Part shown: positions 1-13,500 of the stretch, piece by piece | Position numbering within the stretch: the first letter of the stretch is position 1 | Layout: each line of letters starts with the position of its first letter | From: Phoronis australis | Taxonomy: Eukaryota; Animalia; Phoronida | Assembly (NCBI GenBank): GCA_002633005.1 | Contig: NMRA01000009.1 | Location: forward strand, 1,757,858 to 1,821,857 | Length of the DNA stretch: 64,000 nucleotides | Direction of reading: 5' to 3' | Made by a program: the position numbers and the translations under genes | Notes under the pieces: generated by a model | Database searches by the model: none | What the model was told of the DNA's origin: nothing | Seen by the model: the letters and a program-made list of their open reading frames with translations, nothing else

Positions 1-402
1 TTACAGGCTCGTATCCAGGGGAGGGGGTTCGAGGGACTCGATTGGACCCGTCCCGCAATGAAAAAGTCCAGCCCCAGCAAATCCTTTAAAGATAGGATAT
101 AAATGGACAACAACAAAATTGTTGCAACTACTGGTGATACTAACTACAACAATGACTAAGTTAGTAATAATGTTGAATTTGCTTCTGATTCAAAGCGCTT
201 CACGTGGCATCAGGCCGTACCAGGGGAACTTCGCTCAAGTGCCCGTGTGTTTGCGTAGATGACAGGATCGTGCATATGATAAAAGGAGGCTTTTTGTTAT
301 TCATAAACCACGCGCGTGGTGGATACACCAAAGGGTAACAAAGTAGTCTAGAAGTGAATGTAAAAGCTTAAAAATTACATCTGAGTTTGCAAGCTTAGAT
401 AT

Positions 403-500
403 TTTGGAGCAGTGAACCTGTTTGGAGTAGTGAATCTTCAAAATAGTGAACCTTCAGAATAGTGAACCTTTGGAGTAGTGAACCCTTCAAAATAGTGGGC
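403..500. repeat. Degenerate ~17-bp tandem repeat (TTTGGAGTAGTGAACCT-like), about 6 copies
   Basis: AGTGAACC/AGTGAATC recurs with a 17-18 bp period. Confidence 0.75.
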
Positions 501-971
501 TGTTTCCATTTCCAACGATGTAAGCAACTTTTAAGTAACACGCAAAAATACAATCAGATAAACAATTTCGTCAAGTCATTCGTCAGCTTAACTTCATATT
601 TCCGTCTGAGTATGTAATGAGGTATAATCACTCATTAAAGCATGGCCGAGTTGAAATTTTGACAGGAGGTAATGCGCGAATGTTCTCTTTCTGGACCACA
701 TTACAACCAAATTTGTGTCACGTTCTTTGCGAGCAACCATCACAGCATCCTCATTTATTTTCTGGTATCACAAATTCCGTCTTATCTCATGAACATAGAG
801 CTGAGAGTAACCGTTGTTTATACAGATTTCCCTTCCCCTTAATTAAGCTGCGTCAAAGGCCTTACCGAAAACTCTACAGTTTCAACGTATGTAAAATATC
901 TGAGGACCATTCTAAGGTTCACCGTTCTAGAAATTTGAACCCCCCCTGCTCAGTGCTGGCTACGGCCCTGT

Positions 972-1101
972 TATAACAACGTGACTTTGATTTTTTAATC
1001 ACTGTGAGGTATAATTTGCCGGAAATCTTCTGGCGTATGAAAGCTCCTATAGGTGTTACACCGTCTCTGATGGGTCAGCTAGAGATGGTGGTCACTGTCT
1101 A
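972..1101. mobile_element. Truncated terminal fragment of the TAG...CTA (Academ-like) family
   Basis: Matches the end of copies at 1127-1752, 47207-49274 and 60170-61120. Ends in CACCGTCTCT..AGAGATGGTG-GTCACTGTCTA. Confidence 0.7.
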
Positions 1102-1126
1102 GCCAAGGACAAGGCTTCTACTCGCC

Positions 1127-1752
1127 TAGACAGTGACCACAGTCTCTTCTGGCTCCGGAGTAGAAGCTGTGAAGCTCCTATCTATAAGCGCTTCATACGA
1201 CAGAAGATTTTCGGCAAATTATGCCTCGCACTGACAAAAACAACAACGCTATGTTGCTATAAATACCTTTTACGTATAGAGGGACACTTTAGGAGGCCGT
1301 CTTTTTCCTTCCAAGTTGAACAAATACGCCCGTTATCAAACTTTTTCTTCGAGCAGTCCCTCGCTCAGTTCCCAAAATCGGCAACTCACCATTTTTAACA
1401 CTGTGCGCGCCAGGGGACATGACGTCATACCACCTGGCACGCACAGTGTTAAAAATGGTGAGCTACCGATTTTGGGTACTGAACGAGAACTGCTCGAAGA
1501 AAATGTTAGATAATGAGAATATTAATTTTGTTCGAGCTGGAAGGAATTACATATATCAGCGGCCTCCTAACGATAAGGTGTCCCTTTGTGAGCAAAAAGT
1601 ATTAAAAACAATGTGACTTTGATGTTTTAGTCCGTGCAAGGCATAATTCGCCGAAAAGCTTCCGGCGTATGAAGCGCCTATAGGAGCTCCACCGTCCTAC
1701 GTGCCACTAGTCACTAAACCTACTGAGTGATAGTGATAGTGGTCACTGTCTA
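1127..1752. mobile_element. Non-autonomous fold-back element, TAG...CTA family (Academ-like), copy A
   Basis: Begins TAGACAGTGACCAC and ends GTGGTCACTGTCTA. Almost entirely a long inverted repeat (e.g. TCAGTTCCCAAAATCG ~1365 vs CGATTTTGGGTACTGA ~1468). Flanks CTACTCGCC/ATACATGCC match 6/9, possibly a decayed TSD. Confidence 0.75.
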
Positions 1753-2795
1753 ATACATGCCCGCCATTGTAAGACTTGGAGATGAGATTTCTGACAAGTT
1801 TCCATCTTATTTATAGTTTTTAGTTAGCCTTTGGTTAAGCATCATGGTCTGTTACCAGCTGTCATACTCTACAGAAATTTACATACCAAGTTTGCGATCA
1901 AGACTGATTAGTAACACATATCTGTCCATCTTGAAGGTTAAGTTTGTATGCCAAATTTCCCGCGGAGTTTAGCGCCTACTAGCGACAATAGTGTGTACTT
2001 CAGATGTCGAAAGTGGGTCACTAATTATTTAATTATTTAGTTGTTATGAAAACGATTAACGGGATACCAATCAAATCAACACAATTTTACATCAATAATA
2101 TTTCTCTAGTAACAATGATGTAATAGTGAACTTAAGAAGTTTGAGCAAAGACGGTCTCTGGTATGAGTACAAATTATGTCGCAAATTATGTCAACTGCTT
2201 TACGCCATTTAGGGAGAAAAAAAACAACACATGCTGATTATCGGCAAGTCGGGCAAGTGTTCGTCATTTTCTTTTTTGCTTTCTAGAATATAGAAAATCG
2301 TCGTGAAGTGGATATTTACATTTCACGTGAGTTTTTCATGACATGAATGTATATTTGTATTGATGTACAACTTTGTAAAAGGCTTTGTACTGTCTGCGTC
2401 CAAACGAAGCCAGAATTGACAGATCTATGATGACATCTTATCTATTGTCTTGCCAATTGTCTTGGCCTGCTTGTCTTGGGGCGTGACAATTTTTTAATTC
2501 TCTTGCAAGATTATCGTCATTACAAAGGTATTGAAAATTCCTACTCAATGACGTTTCAAAGTACAGTGTAGGTGTAGTGGTTAAAAAGTTATGGCAATTT
2601 TAATGTTAAAATAAATGCTGCAAAAATTATTTTTTAATCTCCCCTATCCCAGCCAAGGCCAAGGGCATGTAAAAAATATTTGAAAAGCCACCTTCTCTTC
2701 TAATGTAAGCAGATTGAATGAAAATTGATTGGGCCTATAGACAGTGAAGACAGTAAGAATATTACCTAGACATAGTGACGGAGCTACGTGGATTG

Positions 2796-3910
2796 TTTTT
2801 ATTATGCGCCCACATATTTATATGTGGACGCATTATGCCGTCATCTCTGTCTGTCCGTCCGTCCGTCCGTCCGTCCGTCCGTCCGTCCGTCCGGGCGGCG
2901 TCCGTCCGGCGTCCGGCGTCCGGCGTCCGCTGCTCTATCTCCAAAACCCTTTGACATACGTTCATGAAATTTGGCACATGTGTTCCATTCATGAATGGGA
3001 CGGCATGTGCGAACTTTCGGACGGATCCGACTACCGGTGTGCCCCCTAGTGGCAATTTTAGTTTTTTACGCTTACCTTTGTATCTTCAAAAGTCCTGAAC
3101 GGATTTTCATGAAATTTGGTATGTAGGCACCTAGTAGTGAGATGACGCTATCCTGCCGTTTTCGGATGGATTCGACATAGTTTGCGCCACCTAGTGGCCA
3201 TTTTTACTGTTTTCGAGTCTGTATTTTTGCGTCCACCCCTCTATCAACCAAACCGCTCAAAGGATGATTGTGAAAATTGGCGTGTATGTGCTTACTATAA
3301 GGAAGACAGCTGACAATGATTTTCAGACGATTTGGACTACTGTGGCGCCTCCTAGTGGCAGTTTTGTTTTTTTGCGCCCATGGCTGTATCTCCCAAACCG
3401 TTTGCAGGATCTTTACTAAATTTAGCAAGTGTATTTATGTGATGTTGACAACGGACGATGACGACTTTAGGATGATTCTGATTACCGGTATGCCTCTAGT
3501 GGCAATTTTAGTATTTGCCTCTAGTGGCAATTTTAGTATTTTACATTGACCTCTGTATTTTCATAGGTCTTCAGGTGTATACTTTGTGTTACTTCGTGAC
3601 TGTGAAGGAAAAGTTCCAAGTAGAAATTTGTTTCTGGCATTCTAATGCTGTGCTAATCTCGTATGTTGGTAAATTTGTTTTTAATTCTATGTTTCTGTGG
3701 TGCTTTAAGCAACTGGTGTATAGGATGTGCTTGTATTATGAAGATTACTCACATTTTGCCCCTAGCCTATTGAGGAGACAATGACCATGCCTTTCCATTT
3801 TGCAAAGTATGCCCTCTACTGGCCACTTTATGGTACCAATAAACAACCCTAGAAGGATACCGTATGCGGTGCAATTGTGGGCGCATTTCAACGCTCCGCG
3901 TTGCTCTTGT
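2796..3910 (+). mobile_element. Helentron-associated non-autonomous element (HINE/pearl-like)
   Basis: T-rich start, sub-terminal IR ATGCGCCCACA (2804) with a nearby partner IR, (GTCC)n microsatellite ~2849-2892, about four ~150-bp internal repeats (GAAATTTGG..CTAGTGGC), 3' subTIR GTGGGCGCAT (~3877) and terminal hairpin CAACGC-TCC-GCGTTG. This is the known HINE layout. Confidence 0.75.
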
Positions 3911-5722
3911 CAAAAAATGTGGTATCTGTTATTAAAAATTAATTAATGAATTATAATTAATTTTCATTTCATTAATTTCTGATTTTTGTTTTAATGGATG
4001 ATTAATTTCTCAACAATGTTTTTCACTATTGTCCTGTCAATCCTCAGTGTTTCCCGTTCGTGTAAAAATCTGGGCGGACTGCCACGCTTCTTTTTGGCGT
4101 TGCCACTCATAAATCATACCCAAATTGATCGCCACACACCTAATCATAATAGGGAGAACATCACTGCCATGCAAACATAGGTAGTAAAAATAATCACTAA
4201 ATAAGTCACACAGCTACTTTTGCCGTTTGTGGATCGAATGGGAGAACAATGAATTTTGAATTGTTTCCCCCCGCCCCGTTAAACACAATCATTTTATCTC
4301 CTTTCGTACCTCACGTTTGCTTGGTGACTGACATTTGCCTCTGTCTGGTTGTATGCCGAGGCGCCAGGCACAGTGGCACTTATGAAGTGGTTGGAGAAAC
4401 GGTAAGCTTTATTCATTTTACTGTGTCTGCATTTACAAACGTGATTGTTCAGCAATATAAATTATATTGCACGGGACTTTCAGCGATTTAGTGAACCATA
4501 GCCCAGTGCCAAAGTGACGATATTGAATAGAAAGCAGTTTCAGATTCGTCTGCAAGGACTGGTTTATACATTGTTTACTATGCTGGCCAACCCCGATCCA
4601 ACTGATTTATGTTGAGCAAGATGATGTCAGCGGAAGTTTCTTTATACAAATTGGTTTATTACGCCCAAAAAGTTGAATTTTTTGTTCTATGTACATCACA
4701 TCATGGATGATGCACAGGTTAAGGTCCTGTCTATGATGAATAAACTTGTAGAATGCACCAGACTTTACCAAGTTACATCTACTTTTTAAAATTTTGTCTG
4801 GGTAAGGCCTCCCACCAAACCCCCCCCCCCCTGGGAGGATCTCACTTCCGATGCAGGCATGTAGTGCCGGGTTCCACATCCGCTGCGTCCATTCACCGCC
4901 ACACTCGTTGCAAAACCCTGGCAATAGGGGGATCTCACTTCCCATACGTGTGTGCGGCAACTAGCTTTACATCCCATTTTATCCTTTTACCACCACGTTC
5001 CTTTTGAAACTCAGGGGAAACGCAGAATCCTGGTTGCTGCAGTGTTCTCCACACTCAAAAATTCAATCAGGTCTCGTTTACAACCGCTTTGAAAATATAG
5101 ACAGTGTGGAGCAAGTGCAAACGCACAAATATGATTGATAACAGGTGCCACAAAGTCGCCGAGCTCACATCCGAGCATGTGCTCAAAATACTTCAGGAAG
5201 TAAACCGACGAGAATCAAAATTGCTCAGCAAAAACTGGAAGGGTCCTTTTATAATGCAAGCAAAGACAACGTGTCCCAAACATCGCTGCTTGTCCGTCAA
5301 CCAGGAGGTGAGCATGCATGGGATATGGGCAAACTGGTGGCCACCGAGCAGTGGCGAGCACACAACATTTTCCAAATGCTCCATTTAAATGTAAAAAGTC
5401 CACACGGGCAATCTTGGGTGTTTCTGGGGGCATTTGCTCGGTTATTGAATATAAGATATCTTGTTTTTCGTTTTCGACTTCCTAAGTATACCTCGCATAT
5501 GGGGGCCAGCGTTTAAGCGTACAAGGTTTCTTTGTTTTGGCGACCTCATTTCTTATTGGCATTATGCTAAGTGTCTGTTTCTGAGTTAGTAACGTTGAAA
5601 CGACGTTGGTCTCTGGTTTCATCCAGTTAAAAATATGAATAACAGTTTTTTTGTTTTTGGTGGCCAATCCTCTACTGTAAGTTGACAATTACATTTTCGT
5701 TGCTTGCATGTTCCAGTTCATA

Positions 5723-8700
5723 ATGTCAGCTGCTATCAGAACTGTTTTGTTGAAATCTGGATTCCGAATGCCCATCATTGGTCTGGGAACATGGATGATG
5801 TTGGAGTGTCAAGAGACTGCTGTTGCCATAGATCAAGCTCTTCACCTTGGTTACCGGCACATTGACACAGCAGTGTCATATCAAAATGAACAAGTAGTAG
5901 GTACGAGTATTTCATTTTAATTTTACAGTCAGTGATTATGTATTGTATAGGGCTGATTGGTTGATTTCAGCATTAGAATTTGTCTTATGAAAAGTGACTT
6001 TAGACTTAAGACAGAAATTTGACTTACAAGCATTCGACATGGGCAAAAATGTCCCCTAAAAATATGAGTGACTGCACCCATACGAGTGAGGTCAATTGCT
6101 ACACATATTTTACTTTTTCTTCTTGTATTTTCCAGTGTTTACTTAGTTATATGTCAAGCCATGCTCAGTGCTTAGGCTAATCTACTGTTCCTGATTAACT
6201 GTTTAGCCATGTACATGTCGGCACATATCAATACCTGGAAATAATTTAATATCATTTAGGCATAAGTTCAGAAAGTTTCTGAGAAAAAAAAAAACACAAC
6301 TGCTGTTTACTGAGCATGTTGTTTTTAAACTGTAATTTGCCAATATTTAAATGTCTTTAGAAACATTTATTCAGTAATTGACCTATCGCAAGCTCCGCCC
6401 CCTTGCTAAATGTTGACAAACAATAAGTTTTACCCAGCAACGTGTTTGTCGGGTAAAATGGCAGCTTGAAAACGAAGGTGTGTCGAGAATTCTGTGGTCT
6501 GATTGGTCAGTTGAGCCGGCACTCAAAATCCTGGCGATAGGTCAGTTGTAAAGTGGCAACGCTGTTTGTAGGATAATTTCGTCAGACCAAATATTTATGA
6601 GCTCGGTATGAATAAATGAACCTTCAGCTCTTCCCAAGCCTAGAAATCACCTACGGTAACTGGTCTACAGTTTAGCATATTCTATAACTGGTCTATAATT
6701 TGGAACATCCTAATTCTTAGCACACCATTAATTGTTTAAGAAAAGTAATATTTTAACTTCCTTTTAATTCTGGTCCGCTGAAGGGTTTTTTTTACTTTCT
6801 GCTATTTTGCATGCCACCAGTGAATGGATATTGACTTCATTCTGCCCATCAATTTACTTGTGCATGGAGATGGTCCTGGACAACACCATCCATACTAAGA
6901 TCAAGTCCAAAGATGAATATTAAGTGGACAATTCTATAAATTTACTTATTTTTTACTTTCCGTTCATTTAGCACACTGTAATTACGATATTTCTGGACAT
7001 TCTACATATTTTGTGTGAAATTGTAGAGAGTTTACCGTACTTTCCTGTGTAAGTTAAATTTCGTAATGGTACGTGCCCAAAATCAAAACTCGCTTTTTTG
7101 TCTTAAAGCACGAGTTTAATGCCACTTCAAGTCCTAAGTCACTTTTCATGAAACGGGCCCCTGAACCCTATTAGCTTTAATAAGCTGCAGGAGTTTAGAT
7201 CTTATACCCCTTGCTTTGCACTTTGGACGGAATTGAACCAAATTTTATAAGTCTGGAGATTTCTTAAATCCAGTATTTCATTCTTATTACTTAGCTCTTG
7301 TATTAGCCACTCATCCTTATGCTCCATGTTGGCCAGAATACGAGGACACTGCGTAGGACTTTAAATCCTTCCAACTCCAATAAATACTCTGGTAATTAAA
7401 ATTTCTTTGCGATCCTTCACTTATCAATCTGTCCCGGAAGTTTTCATTCCATCCCAGAAATCCTCATGGAAAAATGGCTGTTTAACGATTTCAATAATGA
7501 ATAAAGGAACATATGAGACAAAAGTATTGATGACCAGGGTTTGTTCTGAGTTGAAATGGTTAGAAGGTGTCCCTCCGCGTCTTGACTTTGTTTACCCAGA
7601 GTAATTTTCCCTAAAAAAGTCCGTATAACTGGTTAGCATGTAGAACTATCTCAAGGCACAGGGCAATAGTCAAATATAACATGCCCACACTTAGAGAATC
7701 AGTTTGATGCCTGTTATTCAGTGGAAAAAACTTGTTCTCAAAATGTAGGCATGTTATACCCGACTATTACCAGGACTATTACCAGGCACATTGCATAGCC
7801 TTACTTCTAGCTATTTGCGCTACATTTTATTTACGCTGAATGCTTTTGACTGAAAATAGAATTTCAGCCTAAGAATGCAAGCTGTGTGTTGTATATGGTT
7901 TGCCCTGCTCTCTACTTACAGCCGGCATATGACTACACACGTGATGGCATATTGCCCTTTCTATCTACTTCAAATTGTCTGCTTTGGCATCAATTCCTTA
8001 CAAAAATTTCACTTGTGTACAGTGGTAAAAGCCAGCCACAACAGAACTGTTTTAAACTCTTAAAAATAATTATTTCTCATGCTAATGACTTATTGATCTA
8101 CATGAGCATCTCATGTACTCTCTGAGGTTTGCAGTGAGGTAGAATATTATAACTTTTTGAACTTGGTAGTGCACAGCAAAGTTATTAAATTACCATAATT
8201 ATAAAAATGTGGCCAAAGGGTGCATAAGCTACGCTGAAGTAACATTGCCATCCATCTGTGTTTCAGGTGATGTAGTAAACCAACGGATCAAGGCGGGACA
8301 ATTGAAGAGGGAGGATGTTTTCATCACAACAAAAATACCTCCGGTCATGCTTGAGCGCCACCATGTGCGGCCCTGTGTGGAAGAATCTCTTTGTAAACTC
8401 AAAACACCTTATGTAGACATGTTGCTTATTCACTCACCATTTGGCAACAAAAATCAAGGCAATGGAGACTTGAGACCTGTCAATGCAAAGGGAGAACGGG
8501 AATTAGCCCATCACGACATATGCGAGACGTGGTGCGAAATGGAGAATCTTGTTCGTGACGACAAATGGGCGAGGTCACTTGGTGTGTCCAACTTTAATAT
8601 ATCTCAGATAGAAAGGATTTCCAAAACTGCTCTGGTTCCTCCTTCCAATGTTCAATTGGAGTGTCACATATACAACCAGCAGACAAAGATTGTAGCATAT

Positions 8701-9060
8701 TGCCATGCACGTAACATTGCCGTTACTGGGTATTCATGCCTCGGCAATCCCCAGCGCACTAAGGTGGAAGGGTTAACAGAGGCTCCAAATCTATTTGACA
8801 ACCCCATTATTCAAAAAGCTTCCTTGAAGTACAGAAAAACACCAGCTCAGATCTTGCTGAGATTTCTGATTCAGAGAGACATTATTGCAATTCCAAAAAG
8901 TGTTCATGTTGAAAGATTAAAGGAGAACATGAACATATTTGACTTTAATATTGAACAATCCCTTTGGGAAAGAATTGAGGATCTTGATCAAGGTTATCGC
9001 TTCTTGACCTTTGACTGGGCCAAGTCTCACCCCGAGTATGATAACAAAGAATCTTTCTGA
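5723..9060 (+). CDS. Aldo-keto reductase (AKR1-like), coding exons 5723-5900 and 8267-9060, ~323 aa
   Basis: MPIIGLGTW, GYRHIDTA-x-Y-x-NE, EDVFITTK, DMLLIHSP, SLGVSNFN, QLECH, IPKSV..RLKEN motifs, with the D/Y/K/H tetrad intact. The phase-1 GT-AG intron joins in frame. Probable non-coding exon ending at 4401 (G|GTAAGC); AATAAA near 9367. Confidence 0.93.
6376..6547. mobile_element. Small MITE in the AKR intron
   Basis: TIR AATTGACCTATCGC / GCGATAGGTCAGTT around ~170 bp. Confidence 0.6.
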
Positions 9061-10534
9061 AGTTGTTTAGTGGTGCTTACACTAATTTATCTGCTACTAG
9101 CATGGCTTAATACTTGTCATTTTCTATTAATGCATCTGAAAATTGAGCCCAATGAAAAAAGATCTGGTCCACAGTGGACATCCTTGACTAAGGACTGCAC
9201 TGTGCGGATGTCTCAAAACAATGTTGATTAAGTTCTCCTTATTTACAGTGTGATGATCAGCCTTTAAAAATGGAAAATGACATTTTTGGCAATTACTGCT
9301 GTGTGAAATTAGTGGATAGTTTGCATAAACATTGTATTTAAGCATATAGCGTATTTAGCATCTGCAATAAACATTGTTCAGTTTGGGACAGTGAAAAATT
9401 AGTTATTTTGAGCATGGTCAGAACTCATACCAAACTTTAGAAACAGGCAATATTGGTGGTCCTAAATTCAAGAATTTTCATCAATGACAAACTCATTCTC
9501 CTCAATATTACACACTCAGAGGACGGCTATATAATTTTTGATGAGTTTTTACTGTGATTTTGGTGAATGCCAAAATTCACAGTGTCCTAGTCTTCAGAAT
9601 CAAAAAAATTCAATTTCAGCTTGGATTTCTCTGTCCCAAATTTCAGAGAGACTGTCCCTAATTTTTTTTTACTGTAGAATTGTATTGTTTATTTATATTG
9701 ATTCATAAGTAATGCATTATGTATTATACTTATTTTTAAAGGTGTTATCTGATGTTGTTGCAGACACCTATGTTTAATTACCAGTTACCTAGGTTAATGT
9801 CATTAGTCTAGGTTTGAATTGTTCCACAATTTAAATGTTCAAAGGTGTACCAATTATCTTGCCAAAACAGTATACAGATCCTAACTGTGTCTTAGCTAGA
9901 TTTCCATACCAGTGATATTAATAGCCCAGGCAAGAGACTGTTGCTTAAGACTAGGAGTTGTGAATAAAGTGATCTTACACTGATCCTGTGAGACCTGTGA
10001 AACATCTGTATGATGTGTGGTGGTAATTGGTGAATTCAGGACAATTTCACGATTTTCAACTGACATTTATCATGTTTGTCAAAAACAAAATGTTCTTTGT
10101 GGAAAGTGCTCGTTAGTGGGATGTTTTGGGAGTAATTTTGCTGCTTCTAGTCAGAAAAGTTCCTGTCTACAATACTTGTTCCTGTCCACAATCACTTTCA
10201 CACCACTTAACTGTTTGATTAAAGCAACTGTAAATGCAACACANCCCGCCTGTTCTCTTAATGCTGGCTGTCAGTGCTGATTTAGTGGGATCCATTGCAA
10301 AAACTTTTACGACTAAGAGGAGAAACTTGTTCACAAAGTTTAACTTCAGTCACTTCCATATGATAGTTAGGGGCCCTCGGTAAATTTCTAGAGCAACTAC
10401 AACATCAAAACTTTTCCAGATTAACAACGTCTTTGCTCCAATGAAAACAGCAGTTATACAATAACAAACAATAATCTTTCTCAGAAAAATGGGACAAGTT
10501 GGTGAAACCGGGTATCTCACAGCAATCTCATCTG

Positions 10535-13500
10535 TCATGTGTGAGCCGTCTGCGGTCGAAAACGCTTTTTGGTAACTTTTGGTGGCTTTCTGGTCAACGT
10601 GGTAGTAACAGCGGATTTTGGGCGTCTTGGTACAGAATGATCGGTTAGCGAATATCTTCGCTGAGAGAAATAACTCTTCCCGGGACTAGATGCAGCGCGA
10701 CCACGAAGCCGCACAGATTTTGTTTTGGCACTGACTGGTCGATAAGTTTCCATTTGAAGTTTTTTAAATTCGGCCGCAACCGACGACTCCACCGACGCTG
10801 CGCTCTTCGGGCGCATATCTTTTGAAGGCGATGACTTCTGACCGGATACGTACGTGGCGAAACCGGAACGCGGTCGTCCAAGAATTAAGTTATTGGCGTT
10901 GATAATTTTAGCTTGGTGTTTCGTTGAACAAGGCGTGCAAGAACGTGGTCTTTTCGGTTCTTTGTTGTACACGTTGTCGAGGGTCCTTTCACATCTGCTG
11001 TAACCACCATACATGGTTTCTGAGCATTTACCCAGACACAATTTTTGTCTACACATGATGCAAACCGATGGAGCAATCTTTTTCTCTGGACAGTCTCCAA
11101 CACACGCCAACTGTACACACTCGGGTAGACATTTACGATCTTTGGGCCTATGATCAGGTGGTATGCCTCTCAAAAGTTCCATCGCCGTTGCAAGTTTCTG
11201 TTTCTGTACCTTTTTCAAGTAACGTCTTCTTACCTTCTCCCAGTCCTCTGTTTCCAGTTGTAACAATTCTATCTCATAAATCCTGTCAATAAAAAGCATG
11301 TCGTTTTTGTTAGATGGTCTTTTTGTAGTCCCCTCACGCCATTTAATTTTCATCATCGCCAAATCTCGAAAGTCAACCGTTCGTAACTGTACTGGTAATG
11401 GGTTCTTAAACGGATACTCCACTTCGTGGACAATATTTGCGTCAAAGTCGTATTTCTTTCGGTCTTTTTTACCGTCAGGAATATAAATGTGGTCTAATTT
11501 CTCAGGTCGTACATACTTCGTTTTAGGAACTTTAAATTTGCCTCCAAGAATGATATCGGCCACGACGTCCACAGAATGTTCAGTGTCGGAAGTATCACTT
11601 CCCACGCTTGCCTGACGAGGCGTCTTTCGATTGACCGCCTGTCGAGATAGTTGTTTTTGCTTTCGTATTGTTGTTTTTGTTCGCCCAGGACTTGTTGCAC
11701 TAGCTTGTGGCTTGTTTGGACTAGTCGGTCTGTCGACGTCTGGGTTTCCCTCTGTGTTTCCCTCTGATGACGACGAATCTTCAGTACCATCTCTTGCAGT
11801 CAAAGGTCGTTCCCCATAAAGAGACGAAGTTTTTTCTCGGTCTACAAATTCGCGGAGAACAGACGGTGTAAGCCTGTCAAAGTTGTCGATACACAAAGAA
11901 CAGTCCTCTGCTTTTGTGAGCGCGAAGTTTACTGCACTTGACTTAAGGTGGCCCTTCGTCAGCTGGGTGGTGTCCGTATCCGAACTGAAATAGAAGATGA
12001 GTACATAGCTCATTTAAAATTGCATTGTACGATAAAAGTCGCTTAAACATTTTAATACAGAAGCGTTGAAGTTGTTCAAAATGCGACTAAATCAATTTCT
12101 GCATGCTAACTTCATAGCGACACGAAAATTTTGTCGTATGATGTTATTTCAAGTCTACCTTATCTGATATAGGCCAACTCCATTGATCTCACCTTAATTT
12201 CAAACAATACTCATTGTTAAATGGTTCGAAATACAGAGCACAGGGGATGTCCAAAAAGTCTTTTTCATGTGCAAGGTGCTTCGTTAAATTGAAACCCATG
12301 CTTGGCTTGGATGCAATCGCTATATTGTTCTTTCATAATGTGCCACGAAAAGTAACACGTCTTCAGAGTTAGTCTGATGTGAAATGATAACTTTAGAAAT
12401 TAGAATCCTACGCCCACGTGCCACAGAAAGAAGCCCTCGTGTTAAACGCTGCGTCGACAAAGTAGGATATTGACAGTTTCACGTGGCCAGCCTCGCGATG
12501 ATCCCTCAATGTCGCGCTAATTCGGCACAATATTCGTCAGTTTCCGAAGAACGTTATCATATAAAAAGCTTGTGCAACGAATTTTCCGCGCAAACCATAT
12601 TTGGAAAATTATGAACTGTTCTGGCAATTTCGCCGAAGTTACAAGTACTCATTGACCACTTGTTAATCGCCCCAATCGCATTCCTGGATCATTACACTTA
12701 AAATATATCTTTTAGTTAATACAATTCAAAATTGTAATATTTCTCTTGTACTCTTTCTGATTGGCTGATATTTCAGTTGTGCTCAACTGAAATCATTTAA
12801 AATAAACAGAGCTTACGTATCATAAAAGTTTCATATTGGCAAGTGTGTTTGACCATAACATGCAGCCTCTCGCTTGTATGACGAACAATATTTCTTTAAG
12901 CGCCAGTGAAAATGTTAAAAATCGTTGCTATGGAATATTCAAGGTAAGAGTGATACGGCTGGTTACTACAGTGTACCCGGTATTTATTCCCTGGGAGCGA
13001 CTTAGAAATGCTCCAAGTATCATCCCATCAAAAGTGTCTAAGAGGATTATTAGAGAATCTGAAATTCGTTGATTTGCCATTCAAATACGACCTGCAAGGA
13101 AATTATGAAGCATCCGGTACACCTCTGGTATTTTCGAATCCTACGAAGATCCCCTAGGTGTTTCTGATGGTCTTGTTGTAAAGTACACGGTAACGTCTTA
13201 CGATATTTGACGAATATTGTATGGGACAAGGTTGTTCAATATGTACCGTCATAGACTCGATTTCCGTGCTTTCATTGGATATCCAGGTACTGCATGCACA
13301 AAAATTGTTATCAGATATCGGTCAACGGGCAGAGATAGAAATCGTCATTTTATTAGCATATTTTAAGCAGCCAAAATCCAGTTTTACATAGAAAGGAGTG
13401 AACAGGTTGCTTACAATACATCCCAAATGAACTGCTAGCTTACTAAGTAGACGGTCGCCGGTATGATACTTTTTGAATTCTTAATGAGACGGCTCTATCC

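Noticed and set aside
617-5688. Short ORFs here and similar 60-130 aa ORFs throughout the window
   Set aside because: No recognisable motifs or splice support; most overlap repeats or are antisense shadows of real exons.
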